DNA of 63,987 nucleotides, filler included, from Caldilineae bacterium (GTDB lineage: Bacteria; Chloroflexota; Anaerolineae; DTLA01): assembly GCA_037446815.1 (NCBI GenBank). It is 4 parts of 4 records of this genome, joined end to end, with 100 filler letters (N's around TTAATTAATTAA, not from the genome) between each part and the next. Parts side by side here need not be neighbours in the genome. Positions count along the whole stretch, not along the records: positions 19,538 to 38,599 come from JBBIHX010000046.1; 3 more parts are not named here. One strand, written 5' to 3'. This document shows positions 19,577-30,447 of the stretch, one piece after another. The notes under the pieces were generated by a model. That model ran no database searches, was not told the DNA's origin, and saw nothing but the letters and a program-made list of their open reading frames with translations. A program made the translations under genes and the position numbers. Each line of letters starts with the position of its first letter. Within the stretch, counting starts at the first letter, position 1.

Positions 19577-20151
19577 GTATACAGCCTCATCCAGGAGACG
19601 TGATTGGAAACCCGTGTTCCTTGAGAATTGCCCTCGGAGGGGCAGGCGTCAAGGATTCCCATTCGCTCAGGTTGCCGCGCGCCGTGCACCGCGCTTGCGG
19701 CGGCCTGGCGAGGAGGGGAAAGGAGGTGATCATCTAGAACGGTCTCTTGCGAATCCTCACACGCAGCACCATCGTCAGAGCAGCATCACACGCATGTGAA
19801 GCGCAGTGCAAATGCTCGTGGTCGCGACAGGGCTCGCCCGTGCTGTGCAAGCACCGAGTCCATCCTGATATCCAATCGGAAGGCTGGTCGTAACTGTCAA
19901 TCTCAACTATGCGGTTGGGGCAGTTTAGACCGAAGACCATGAGCGCAAGTCGTTCGCAGCGCATGAACACCAGCGATGGCTGCACCGGTCCAATCACGTT
20001 TGTTTCGTCGGCAGGGAGCATGCCGGTATCGTGTTCCATCACCGGCCAGCGGCTCGCCGAGGGGACGCGGGAACCTACACCGGCGCGGCATCGCTACCCG
20101 TGTTTGGAATGCGAACGCAACTCAACCCTTTTGCCTTAAGGAGGAGGCAAG

Positions 20152-22467
20152 ATGTCCAAGAAGGTCATTGCAGCACTTGGGTTTTTCCTGGTCCTGCTGT
20201 TGGCCGGAGTGCTGATGGCAGGGTGCGCTGGCCCTCAGGGTCCTGCTGGCCCACAAGGCCCCGCCGGCCCTCCGGGTCCAGCCGGTCCGCAGGGGCCTGC
20301 CGGCCCTACCACCCTCGTTACGCCGCCCAGTCAGCCCGAGACCTGTACGGTATGCCACAAGGGCGCGGGCGCCACGCATCAGGTGTACTACGACCAGTTG
20401 TATCAGGATGGCGTGATCAAGGTTAGCGACATCACGTACTCGTTCACGCCGCCCGATACGAGCAAGGTCAGTTTCAAGTTGACGAAGAATGGCGCTCCGT
20501 TTGACGTGCGGCAGGCGGACTCGTGGGCCGTCTACTTCGTGCCCTACGCCGATTCCAAGTTCCAGTTTGAACCGGCTCGCGACAGGCTGTCCCTGAAGGG
20601 GAAGGTTACCTACGACGGGCAGGGTGTCGCGACGAGCGTCGTTACCGGAACGACGAACCTGGCCGCGATGAACGGCCTCATCGTCGTGTACGGCACCGAT
20701 GAGATCGTCGGCAGGCTGCCCGCGCGCGTCTCCCAGGGCAAGTACCCGTTCGTGGGCATGAAGGAGACCGGCAAGGGCGTGGACTACACGTCCCCGGCCA
20801 ACGTCGCAGGGTGCGAGAAGTGCCACACGGTACCCTACCTGAAGCATGGCTACATCTATGCCCAGGTGGATGGCGATCCCGCGACGGACTTCTACACCTG
20901 CAAGGTCTGCCACCTGGACAACGGCGAGGGTGGCCACTTTGAGTGGCAACTGCTGGTTACCGACCCCGCCAAGGCGCTCCCGGTTCTGGAGAGCGAGGAG
21001 AACGTAACGCCGGAGATCAAGGCCCAGTTTGCGTACAAGACCACGGTGATGAACGACGTGCACATGTCGCACGCCATGGAGTTCCCGTATCCGCAGTCCA
21101 TGGCCAACTGCGTAACGTGCCACGAGGGCAAACTGGACAAGGTGCTGGCGGATGCCAATTTCAAGACGGAAGTCTGCAAGAGTTGCCACCCGGTAACCAG
21201 CGTTGAGGGGTTGGAGACTCCCGCGCCCGCGCTGAAGACGATCCTCCCGTCGCCCATCCACGACAACCTGGACCTGAACACCGTGGATTGCACCACCTGC
21301 CACGGCGAGGGGAAGGCGGCTCGCGGCTTCAGCAAGATTCACACCGGCTACGACAAGGCCATCTACACCGCATCTGGCCAGAAGTACTCGGACGCCATCA
21401 AGGTCAGCATTGACAGCGCGTCCTTCGCCGACAACAAGCTGACCTTCGCGTTCAGCGCGACCGAAGATCCCGACCTAGAAGGCGTCAACGCGGCGGACAT
21501 CGTGCCGACGGTGCTGGTTAGCCTGTACGGGTGGGACACGAAGGACTTCATCCTCGGCGGCCATGAGCGGCTGTTGGACACCAACGGCGATGGCAAGATT
21601 GACCGCAACGACCAGGCGATTCTGGAAGCCGCGCTGGGCGAAGAGCACCCGAACGTCAAGGTAACGTCAACCGGTGCCGGCAAGTGGGAAGCGACGTTTG
21701 ACCTGTCCAAGTGGGCCGACCTGCTCACCAACGGCTCGGTGAAGCGCGCCGAGGTCGCGGTCATGCCGGCCCTGAAGAACGCGGATGGCGTCATGGTCGC
21801 GCTGGTTGCCCCGTCCCGCACCTTTGACTTCGGCGCCAACGCTTTTGACGACAAGTTCAACAAGCCCATCGTGAAGGTGGCGGACGGCTGCGACAACTGC
21901 CACGGCGCGCTGGGGACCACGTTCCACACGCCGGACCGCGGCGGCAACGCGGTGGTCTGCCGCATGTGCCACATCACCAAGAGCGGCGCCGCGCACCTGG
22001 AGATGCAATCGCGCTCGCTGGATTCGTACATCCACGCGACGCACGCAGGCCAGCCGTATGACGTGGCGAACATTGACTTCGCCGACCCGGTGCAGGCTAT
22101 GCACTACGAGCATCACATTGAGTTCCCGTTCCCGACGCATGGCATCACGGACTGCGAAGCCTGCCACGTAAAGGGCACGTATGAGGCCGCGAGCGAGACC
22201 CAGTCGCTGCCCGGCCTGCTGTCGGCAGCCGCGACCCTGAAGAATCGCGAGCGGAGCATCGGCGCTGTGCCGTCGTATGTTGCCGGCCCCGGCTCTCGGG
22301 CGTGCGGTGGCTGCCACCGCGCCGTCGCGATCAACGAGGATGCTGTCGGTGAACTGGTGGCCTTCAATGTGCACACCCAGAACGGCGGCTACCTGGTTGA
22401 AGCGGGCGAGAAGCCCGTGGACACCCTCATGAAGGTGATTGACGAGGTCATGGGGGCGTTCAAGTAA
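20152..22467 (+). CDS. decaheme c-type cytochrome lipoprotein (MtrC/OmcA-like) with collagen-like N-terminal stalk
   Basis: lipobox MAGC; (GPX)8 repeat; ten CxxCH motifs (CTVCH, CEKCH, CKVCH, CVTCH, CKSCH, CTTCH, CDNCH, CRMCH, CEACH, CGGCH); AAGGAGG RBS. Confidence 0.88.
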   Translation: MSKKVIAALGFFLVLLLAGVLMAGCAGPQGPAGPQGPAGPPGPAGPQGPAGPTTLVTPPSQPETCTVCHKGAGATHQVYYDQLYQDGVIKVSDITYSFTPPDTSKVSFKLTKNGAPFDVRQADSWAVYFVPYADSKFQFEPARDRLSLKGKVTYDGQGVATSVVTGTTNLAAMNGLIVVYGTDEIVGRLPARVSQGKYPFVGMKETGKGVDYTSPANVAGCEKCHTVPYLKHGYIYAQVDGDPATDFYTCKVCHLDNGEGGHFEWQLLVTDPAKALPVLESEENVTPEIKAQFAYKTTVMNDVHMSHAMEFPYPQSMANCVTCHEGKLDKVLADANFKTEVCKSCHPVTSVEGLETPAPALKTILPSPIHDNLDLNTVDCTTCHGEGKAARGFSKIHTGYDKAIYTASGQKYSDAIKVSIDSASFADNKLTFAFSATEDPDLEGVNAADIVPTVLVSLYGWDTKDFILGGHERLLDTNGDGKIDRNDQAILEAALGEEHPNVKVTSTGAGKWEATFDLSKWADLLTNGSVKRAEVAVMPALKNADGVMVALVAPSRTFDFGANAFDDKFNKPIVKVADGCDNCHGALGTTFHTPDRGGNAVVCRMCHITKSGAAHLEMQSRSLDSYIHATHAGQPYDVANIDFADPVQAMHYEHHIEFPFPTHGITDCEACHVKGTYEAASETQSLPGLLSAAATLKNRERSIGAVPSYVAGPGSRACGGCHRAVAINEDAVGELVAFNVHTQNGGYLVEAGEKPVDTLMKVIDEVMGAFK

Positions 22468-22491
22468 GCGACGCCTGTCTGTGGTAAGCGA

Positions 22492-22519
22492 GAAGGGCCC
22501 TTCGGGGCCCTTCTTTTTT
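22492..22519 (+). terminator. Rho-independent terminator
   Basis: GAAGGGCCC-TTCG-GGGCCCTTC-TTTTTT. Confidence 0.9.
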
Positions 22520-22583
22520 GTGCGCGGGGCGGGGTGGCGAAGGGGCTTGTCCTCCGCTCGCTCCGTCCATTCTGCTATAGCAA

Positions 22584-22646
22584 GTTGTAACAATAGGTTG
22601 TACACTGTAACCAAAAGTTGACACCCGTAACATCTCGTGGTATACT
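22584..22646 (+). promoter_or_regulatory. sigma70 promoter with phased repeats
   Basis: TTGACA(22618-23)-17 bp-TATACT(22641-46); GTAAC at 22587, 22607 and 22627. Confidence 0.75.
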
Positions 22647-22663
22647 TGGGCGAGAGGTGAACG

Positions 22664-23428
22664 ATGGATGCCCTGTTGACGACACGGCAATTGCAGCAAC
22701 TGCTCCAGGTGGACCGCATTACCATCTACCGCATGCTGGCCGACGGGCGACTCAAAGGCATCAAGGTCGGCGGGCAGTGGCGATTCCCGCGGCAGGAGAT
22801 AGACCGCTGGCTTCAGGAGAGGCGCGGGGCGGCGGAGGCAGGCGGCCGCACGTCGGATGCGGAGGTTGCCTCGCCGCAGGCGCTGCCTCTGTCCTGCGTT
22901 CGCGCCATCCAGGACATCTTCGCCGAGGCGCTGGGCCTGGGAGTCGTTACCACCGCTGCGGACGGCTCGCCCCTTACCCCGGTCAGCAATGCCTGCGCCT
23001 TCTGCAACCTCATCCTTGCCAGTGAAGAAGGGCGGCGGCGGTGCGAGGCTTCGTGGCGAGAGGCCGGCCTCCGCAGCGGTGTGCCACGCCTGCTCACATG
23101 TCATGCGGGCCTGCGCTACCTGTCGGCGCGCATAGAAGTCCACGGCGAGTTCGTCGCGGCCATCCACGCGGGCCAGTTCGTTGGCTCCGCGGGCGACCTG
23201 GAAGAGGGCTGGGCCGAGCGATTGGGCGAACTCGCTGCGGCAACGGGCGTCCCCGCGCAGGACCTGGCGCAGGCGCTCTCCGGCGTCTACATCCTGGGCG
23301 AGGACAGGCAGAAGCAGATGCCCCGCCTGCTGCAGCGGGTGGCTGCAACGTTCTCGGAGATCGGCGAGGAGCGGCTCAACTTGCTGGGGCGGCTCCAGCG
23401 CATCGCGGAGATGACGGCTTATCCGTAG
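22664..23428 (+). CDS. excisionase-like HTH + PocR sensor-domain regulator
   Basis: LLTTRQLQQLLQVDRITIYRML..G.KVGGQWRF; PocR Cys motifs CAFC..I...GRRRC and TCHAGL...GQF. Confidence 0.85.
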   Translation: MDALLTTRQLQQLLQVDRITIYRMLADGRLKGIKVGGQWRFPRQEIDRWLQERRGAAEAGGRTSDAEVASPQALPLSCVRAIQDIFAEALGLGVVTTAADGSPLTPVSNACAFCNLILASEEGRRRCEASWREAGLRSGVPRLLTCHAGLRYLSARIEVHGEFVAAIHAGQFVGSAGDLEEGWAERLGELAAATGVPAQDLAQALSGVYILGEDRQKQMPRLLQRVAATFSEIGEERLNLLGRLQRIAEMTAYP

Positions 23429-23481
23429 GCGCTGCGCCTGCAGAAGTGCGGTTCCGGACGGCAGAATATGAGGAGATAGAG

Positions 23482-26400
23482 ATGAAAACCCTACCTATGT
23501 CGCTGCAGCAAGAACTGCGGCAGATGTTTGGCCCGCGCGTCAGTTTTGACGAGATGGAGCGCAAGATTTATGGCCACGATGTGGGCGTGATGCCGCGACT
23601 TATCAAACCCATCGTCGGCAACACGGTGGCCGCCGCGGTGGTCCAGCCCAAGAGCGAGGATGAACTGGTGGCGCTCGTGCGGTGGGCCAGCCGGCACAAG
23701 GTGCCGCTGACGCCCCGCGCCAAGGCCACGTCGGGCTACGGGGGCATCCTCCCCGTCAAGGGCGGCGTGTCGGTGGACTTGCACAGACTACGCAAGATTC
23801 TGGACGTTGATGCCCAGGCCATGACGGTGCGGGTGCGGCCGTCGGTGGTGTGGGGCGAACTGGAGAAGGAACTGAACAAGCAGGGGTTAGCCCTGCGCAC
23901 CTATCCCTCCAGCGCGCCGTCGTCCACCGTGGGCGGATGGTTGGCCCAGGGCGGGGTCGGCTACGGGGCCTACGAGTACGGCGCGTTCCGCCAAAACGTC
24001 GTTTCAGCGCGGGTGGTTCTGCCCAACGGCGAGGTGCGCACCTTTGCAGGCGATGACCTGGATCTCATCAGCGATGCCGAGGGCACCACGGGGTTCATCA
24101 CCGAAGTTACGTTGCGGGTGCGGCGCGCCGAGCCCGAACAGGTGTGGGGCGTCCGCTTTGACTCGGCGGCAGACCTGGCTGCGGCGCTCAATGAACTGCG
24201 GGATGCGGGTGTGCCGCTGTGGTCCGTCAGTTTCATCAATCCCATGATGGCGCGCTTGAAGAACCGCCTCCCTCCTCGGCTGGAACACGGCCACCCAGTC
24301 CACGAGCATCGTCCCGCCGTACCCGAAGCCTATGTGGCGGTTTGCGTTGCGCCGTCGGCGCGATGGCAGGAGGCTGAGGCCCGCATCGGACGCATCGTTG
24401 AGGCGCACCACGGGGCACTCCTGGATCGCGAAGTCGCCGAGCATGAGTGGGCCGAACGGTTCAATCTGATGCACGTGAAGCGGCTGGGGCCTAGCCTGTT
24501 GCCCTCCGAGGTGGTGGTGCCGCTTGCCCATCTAGGGCAGGCGCTCCAGGAGATTGAGGGCGCGGTTCAACTCCCGCTGGTCATGGAAGGGCTGGTCAAC
24601 GGCAACGGCGAGGTTACGCTGCTCGGCTTCATCCCTCACGATGAGCGCACGTTCGGGTACAATGTCGCTTTTGGCCTGGCGCTGACCGTCATCAAGATCG
24701 CCAAGAAGCACGGCGGGCGACCCTACTCCACGGGCTACTACTTCGCCAGCGAGGCCGAGACGGTCCTCGGCGCGGATCGCGTGCGGCGACTCAAGGAGTT
24801 CCGCGCACAGGTGGACCCCAACGGCATCATGAACCCCGGCAAGGTAACGGGCAACGGAACGATGGGCGCGTTCATGGGCCTGGCCCAGACCTTTGAGCCT
24901 GCAATTCGCGTGATGGGCAATCGCTTCCGGCGCGAGCCCGCGGAGCGCATCGCAGGCCAGGGCAAGCGCGGAGTCCCCGACGATGTGGCCTGGTACGCCT
25001 ACGCCTGCGCTCAGTGCGGCTACTGCGTGGATGAGTGCGATCAGTACTACGGGCGCGGCTGGGAGTCCGAATCGCCCAGGGGCAAGTGGTACTTCCTGCG
25101 CGAGTACATGGAGGGCCGCGCCAGGATGACCCAGGACTGGGTGGACAACTTCTTGGCCTGCACCACGTGCGAGGTGTGCAATGTAAAGTGCCCACTGGAA
25201 TTGCCCATTGAGCCGGCGTGGCTGCAGATGCGCGGCCAGTTGATTCACAAGGAGAATCGCCTGACCTTCCCGCCCTTTGAGATTATGCGGCAGTCGCTGC
25301 GCAAGGAGCGCAACATCTGGGCGAGTTACAGCAAGGACCGCTCGGCATGGGTCCCGGACGAGTTGCAGGACAAGATTCGCTGGCGCGCCGATGTGGGCTA
25401 CTTCCCCGGATGCACGGCGTCGTATGTGGAGACGGACGTGGCCCAGGGGACGGCGCGACTGCTGAACGCGGCGGGGGTGGAGTTCACCTACATGGGCGAT
25501 GGCGAGGCGTGCTGCGGACTGCCCATGCTGGTTTCGGGCCAGTGGGACGCATGGGAGGAGATCATGCGGCACAACATCGCCGGCATGAAGGCTCGCGGCG
25601 TGAAGACAGTAGTTACATCGTGCCCGGCCTGCTGGCTCTCGTGGAAGCAGTACTACCCCGAGTGGGCGAAGAAACTGGGCCTGGAGTACGACTTTGAGGT
25701 GCGTCACTACTCTGAACTGCTGGCCGACCGCATCGCGAGCGGCGAGATGAAGTTTACCCATGAGGTTCCGCTGAAGGTTACCTGGCACGACTCCTGTCAC
25801 ATGGGGCGCGCGGGAGGCATCTACGAGCCGCCGCGCCAGGTGCTGAAGGCCATCCCGGGTGTGCAGTTCGTGGAGATGGAGCACAACCGCGACAACGCCC
25901 ACTGCTGCGGCGGCGTGCTGAGCCTGCTGGAAGACCCCGAGGCCGCCAAACGCATCGGCGATATGCGGCTGCAGGAGGCCCTCAACACGGGCGCCCAGGC
26001 GCTGGTGGCCTCGTGCCCGTGCTGCGAGGTCCAGTTCCGCGTAACGGCACGCAAGACGGGCGAGCAGATGCCCATCGTGGACCTGGCGCACCTGGCCGCC
26101 GAGGGCCTGGGGATTCAGATTCCGGACCCCACCGCATATGCCATGGAGTTGTGGGGCACGTTTGAGGCCATGATTCGCCTGCTGAAGCCCGAGGCCATGG
26201 CTGACTTCATGGTGGGCCTGCTGCCGCAGATGATTGACGCCATGCCCAAGCCCTTCCCCGCCGTGATGAAGTGGCTCCGGCGCACCTCGCCGGGCGTGCG
26301 GAACGTCGTGCTGGCCATGATGCGGCCCATCATGCCCAAGATGTTCCCCATCTTGATGCCGGGGATGATGCCCAAGGTCATGCCCGACATGCTGGCAGCG

Positions 26401-26565
26401 GTGGAGAAGGTCGTGCCGATGCCGCCGCACATGAAGGAGCAGATGCCCGACCTGATGCCCGCGGCCATGGACAATCTGCTGCCGAAGATGCTGCCTCTCA
26501 TTATCCCGCACTTCATGCCGAAGATGGAGGCGTACCTGAAGGGCGAACTGCCCGCCGTCAACTAG
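23482..26565 (+). CDS. FAD-binding (GlcD/VAO-type) + 4Fe-4S + CCG-domain oxidoreductase with Met/Pro-rich tail
   Basis: YPSSAPSSTVGGW, AEGTTGFITE and DPNGIMNPGK motifs; CAQCGYC..C and CTTCEVC..CP; CCG motifs; GAGGAG RBS before ATG 23482. Confidence 0.88.
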   Translation: MKTLPMSLQQELRQMFGPRVSFDEMERKIYGHDVGVMPRLIKPIVGNTVAAAVVQPKSEDELVALVRWASRHKVPLTPRAKATSGYGGILPVKGGVSVDLHRLRKILDVDAQAMTVRVRPSVVWGELEKELNKQGLALRTYPSSAPSSTVGGWLAQGGVGYGAYEYGAFRQNVVSARVVLPNGEVRTFAGDDLDLISDAEGTTGFITEVTLRVRRAEPEQVWGVRFDSAADLAAALNELRDAGVPLWSVSFINPMMARLKNRLPPRLEHGHPVHEHRPAVPEAYVAVCVAPSARWQEAEARIGRIVEAHHGALLDREVAEHEWAERFNLMHVKRLGPSLLPSEVVVPLAHLGQALQEIEGAVQLPLVMEGLVNGNGEVTLLGFIPHDERTFGYNVAFGLALTVIKIAKKHGGRPYSTGYYFASEAETVLGADRVRRLKEFRAQVDPNGIMNPGKVTGNGTMGAFMGLAQTFEPAIRVMGNRFRREPAERIAGQGKRGVPDDVAWYAYACAQCGYCVDECDQYYGRGWESESPRGKWYFLREYMEGRARMTQDWVDNFLACTTCEVCNVKCPLELPIEPAWLQMRGQLIHKENRLTFPPFEIMRQSLRKERNIWASYSKDRSAWVPDELQDKIRWRADVGYFPGCTASYVETDVAQGTARLLNAAGVEFTYMGDGEACCGLPMLVSGQWDAWEEIMRHNIAGMKARGVKTVVTSCPACWLSWKQYYPEWAKKLGLEYDFEVRHYSELLADRIASGEMKFTHEVPLKVTWHDSCHMGRAGGIYEPPRQVLKAIPGVQFVEMEHNRDNAHCCGGVLSLLEDPEAAKRIGDMRLQEALNTGAQALVASCPCCEVQFRVTARKTGEQMPIVDLAHLAAEGLGIQIPDPTAYAMELWGTFEAMIRLLKPEAMADFMVGLLPQMIDAMPKPFPAVMKWLRRTSPGVRNVVLAMMRPIMPKMFPILMPGMMPKVMPDMLAAVEKVVPMPPHMKEQMPDLMPAAMDNLLPKMLPLIIPHFMPKMEAYLKGELPAVN

Positions 26566-26684
26566 GCGGGTGCCGCTACATTCGCGCTGTACGGGCGGCC
26601 TGCGGGTCGCCCGTACGTTTCTTGTGCGCGCAAGGGCAAGCGCGGCTTCGGCCCCTGTGCGGAGCGCGAAACGCCAGCCTGGCT

Positions 26685-26985
26685 CGGTTCCTGTTGGTCT
26701 TTCCCGCGCACCGCCTCGCTGCTCTGTCATGCTGAGCCGAAGGCGATATGCCCTCGCCCCTCGGGAGAGGGCCGGGGCGAGGGGCGAGATTCTTCGCTCT
26801 CCGCCGCTCAGAATGACGGTGGTGTGTGCGTGGCCGCGTGGGGCTAAAGCCGCCGCGCTGAGGGCGGGGCGTTGGGGGCGCGGCCCTTTCCTGTAACACT
26901 GAGCGGAGCGAAGGGTCTCGGGTTGCAAGATTCTTCGCTCTCCGCCGCTCAGAATGACGGTGGGTACCAACGGGCTTTGGAACCG
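26685..26985. mobile_element. MITE-like element with REP cargo (expanded copy)
   Basis: CGGTTCC-TGTTGG left end and CCAACGGGCTTTGGAACCG right end; encloses GTCATGCTGAG, GGGAGAGGG and two GAGATTCTTCG..CTCAGAATGAC units. Confidence 0.6.
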
Positions 26986-27004
26986 TGTCGCCGGCCCCCA
27001 CCCT

Positions 27005-27033
27005 TTGACATCGGCCCCGAACTGCGGTATAGT
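27005..27033 (+). promoter_or_regulatory. sigma70 promoter of the asparaginase gene
   Basis: TTGACA-17 bp-TATAGT. Confidence 0.7.
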
Positions 27034-27098
27034 CGCGGGCGGGGGCGTTCCCGCGCTCCCAGCGCAGACCCCACCGCGATAGCCGAAAGGAGCGAACC

Positions 27099-28064
<966 letters not shown>

Positions 28065-28074
28065 CCCCAGGGTG

Positions 28075-28348
28075 GTATCCACGGATAACACGGAGCGCAC
28101 GAATCGGGTCACGGGGGTGCGCCGCACGTTGTCCCCCGTGTGCATTGCGAGCGAAGCGAAGCAACCCCACGCCCCAGAGGTTGCTTCGGGCGCTCCGAGC
28201 CCTCGCAATGACAAATACCAAGTCGGTTTCATCTTGTGTTGGTGAAACGCATGGACACTCTCCTCGTGTGTCGTTGCGAGCGAAGCGAAGCAACCTCACG
28301 CCCCAGAGATTGCTTCGGGCGCTCCGCGCCCTCGCAATGACAAATACC
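28075..28348. repeat. cluster of REP palindromes with a nested MITE copy
   Basis: CCACGGATAACACGGA; two TTGCGAGCGAAGCGAAGCAA..TTGCTTCG..CTCGCAATGACA units; TIR CGGTTTCATCTTGTGTTGG at 28224-28242. Confidence 0.75.
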
Positions 28349-28414
28349 GCCGCGGTTGCGCGGCCATTCCCCATGGTGTATAATTCCCCTAAGAGTCGTC
28401 CGTGAGGGAAGGGC

Positions 28415-30136
28415 ATGGACAATCGCGAGGTTGCGGAAACCCTGGAGCGTATCGCCGACATCCTGGATATCCTCGGCGAAATCGCCTACAAGGGAGTTGC
28501 CTACCGTCGCGCCGCCGACCAGATCGCCCACCTGTCGGAGCCCATCACCGAAATCTGGAAGCGCGGCGAGTTGCGCTCCATCCCGGGCGTGGGCGAGGCC
28601 ATGGAGAAGAAGATCGCGGAACTCCTGTCCACGGGGCGCTTGGAATACTACGAGCGGCTCAAGGAGAAGGTGCCTATGGGCGTCCTGGACCTGCTTGCCA
28701 TCCCGGACGTGGGCCCGAAGACGGCGAAACTCCTGTGGGAGAAACTGGGCATCACCAGCGTGGGCGAGGCCGAGCAGGCCGCTCGCGAAGGCCGCATTCG
28801 CGAACTGCCGGGCATGGGCGTGCGCTCCGAGCAGAAGATTCTGGAGGGCATAGAGTGGCTGCGACGGCGTAGCGGGCGCATCCCCCTGGCCGACGCTTGG
28901 CCCGTCGCCGACGAGATTCTTGCGGCCCTGGCCCGAACGCCGGGCGTCGTGAAGGCGTCGGCGGCGGGGAGTCTGCGGCGGCGCAAGTCCACCATCGGCG
29001 ACATTGACCTGCTGGTGGCGGCCACAGATCCCGCGCCGGTCATGAGCGCCTTCGCCGCGCTGCCCCTGGTGGCCGAGGTCTCGCTCAGTGGCCCCACCAA
29101 AACCTCGGTCATCCTGCGCAACGGCCTACAGGCCGACCTGCGTGTCCTGCCGGTGGAACGCTACGGCTCGCTGCTGCAGTACTTCACAGGCAGCAAGGAG
29201 CACAACGTGCACCTGCGCGGCCTGGCCCAGGAGATGGGGTTGAGCCTGAGCGAGTATGGGTTCAAGCGGGGCGATGAGGAGATTCTGTGCCCCGAAGAGG
29301 AGGACGTGTACCGCGCGCTGGGCCTGCCGTGGATTCCGCCGGAACTGCGCGAGGATCGGGGCGAGATAGAGGCGGCGCAGGCCGGGCGCTTGCCGCGCCT
29401 GGTGGAGGAAGCCGACATCCTGGGCGACCTCCACGCGCACACCGAGTGGAGCGACGGCGCGGCCAGCCTGCAGGTGATGGCCGAAGCGGCCCGCCGCAAG
29501 GGTTACCGTTACCTCGTCATCTCCGACCACAGCCAGGGGCTAGGCATCGCCCGTGGGTTGACGGCCGAGCGCCTGCGGGAACAACGCGCCGAAATCCAGC
29601 GTCTGAACAGTGGGTACGCAAACTTCACGCTGCTGCACGGCGTGGAGGTGGAGATCCGCGGCGATGGCACGCTGGATTTGCCCGATGACGTGCTAGCCGA
29701 GTTGGACGTGGTCATTGCGTCGGTGCATTCGGGGTTGCGCCAGCCGCGCGAGGAGATTACGGCGCGGGTGGTGCGGGCGATGCAGAATCCGCACGTGGAC
29801 ATCATCGGGCATCCGCTAGGGCGCATCCTGGGCCAGCGCGAGGAGACGGCCATAGACGTGGAGACGCTGCTGCGGGTGGCCGCGGAGACGGGCACGGCGC
29901 TGGAGGTCAACGCCATCCCGCTGCGGCTGGACCTGGATGATATCCACATCCGCCGGGCCATTGGCGTGGGCGTGCGGCTGGCCATCAACAGCGACGCGCA
30001 CAATCCGGCGGGGCTGAACGCGATGACCTACGGCGTGGCGACGGCGCGCCGCGGCTGGGCCGAGCCGAGGCATATTCTGAATACGCTGCCCGCCGAGGAG
30101 TTGCGGGCGCACCTGAAAGGCGCAGGGGCGCAGTAG
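28415..30136 (+). CDS. polX: DNA polymerase X / PHP-domain protein
   Basis: AYRRAA, HhH motifs, GSLRR...[19 protein letters not shown] motifs [11 protein letters not shown] and NSDAH. Confidence 0.93.
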   Translation: MDNREVAETLERIADILDILGEIAYKGVAYRRAADQIAHLSEPITEIWKRGELRSIPGVGEAMEKKIAELLSTGRLEYYERLKEKVPMGVLDLLAIPDVGPKTAKLLWEKLGITSVGEAEQAAREGRIRELPGMGVRSEQKILEGIEWLRRRSGRIPLADAWPVADEILAALARTPGVVKASAAGSLRRRKSTIGDIDLLVAATDPAPVMSAFAALPLVAEVSLSGPTKTSVILRNGLQADLRVLPVERYGSLLQYFTGSKEHNVHLRGLAQEMGLSLSEYGFKRGDEEILCPEEEDVYRALGLPWIPPELREDRGEIEAAQAGRLPRLVEEADILGDLHAHTEWSDGAASLQVMAEAARRKGYRYLVISDHSQGLGIARGLTAERLREQRAEIQRLNSGYANFTLLHGVEVEIRGDGTLDLPDDVLAELDVVIASVHSGLRQPREEITARVVRAMQNPHVDIIGHPLGRILGQREETAIDVETLLRVAAETGTALEVNAIPLRLDLDDIHIRRAIGVGVRLAINSDAHNPAGLNAMTYGVATARRGWAEPRHILNTLPAEELRAHLKGAGAQ

Positions 30137-30152
30137 CCTTTCCGGAGGGAAG

Positions 30153-30427
30153 CATTGCGAGGGCGCGGAGCGCCCTGGGGCATCCCCAGGGTGCGGGATT
30201 GCTTCGCTTCGCTCGCAATGACAGATGGGTACTGTCATTGCGAGGGCACGCAGTGCCCGAAGCAATCTCCGGGGTGCGGGATTGCTTCGCTTCGCTCGCA
30301 ATGACAGATGGGTACTGTCATTGCGAGGGCACGCAGTACCCGAAGCAATCTCCGGGGTGCGGGATTGCTTCGCTTCGCTCGCAATGACAGTGGGGGACGG
30401 AATTGCGTCGCGTCGCTCGCAATGACA
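30153..30427. repeat. tandem array (83-bp period) of GTCATTGCGAG-type REP hairpins
   Basis: TGTCATTGCGAG...CTCGCAATGACA units starting at 30233 and 30316, plus degenerate flanking units. Confidence 0.85.
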
Positions 30428-30447
30428 GGATTCTGTTTGGAGGAGAT

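Noticed and set aside
19718..19731. Match to the 16S rRNA 3' end
   Set aside because: Only 14 nt, with no rRNA-like flanks; treated as an SD-like element.
23041..23481. Long N-terminal extensions in the ORF track (also 37950-38459, 50915-51232, 53746-54606, 38974-39144)
   Set aside because: They overlap other genes or repeats, and downstream starts have an RBS and match the family N-termini.
30153..30427. Possible CRISPR array
   Set aside because: Whole 83-bp units repeat with no unique spacers, the unit is the dispersed REP hairpin, and no cas genes are present.
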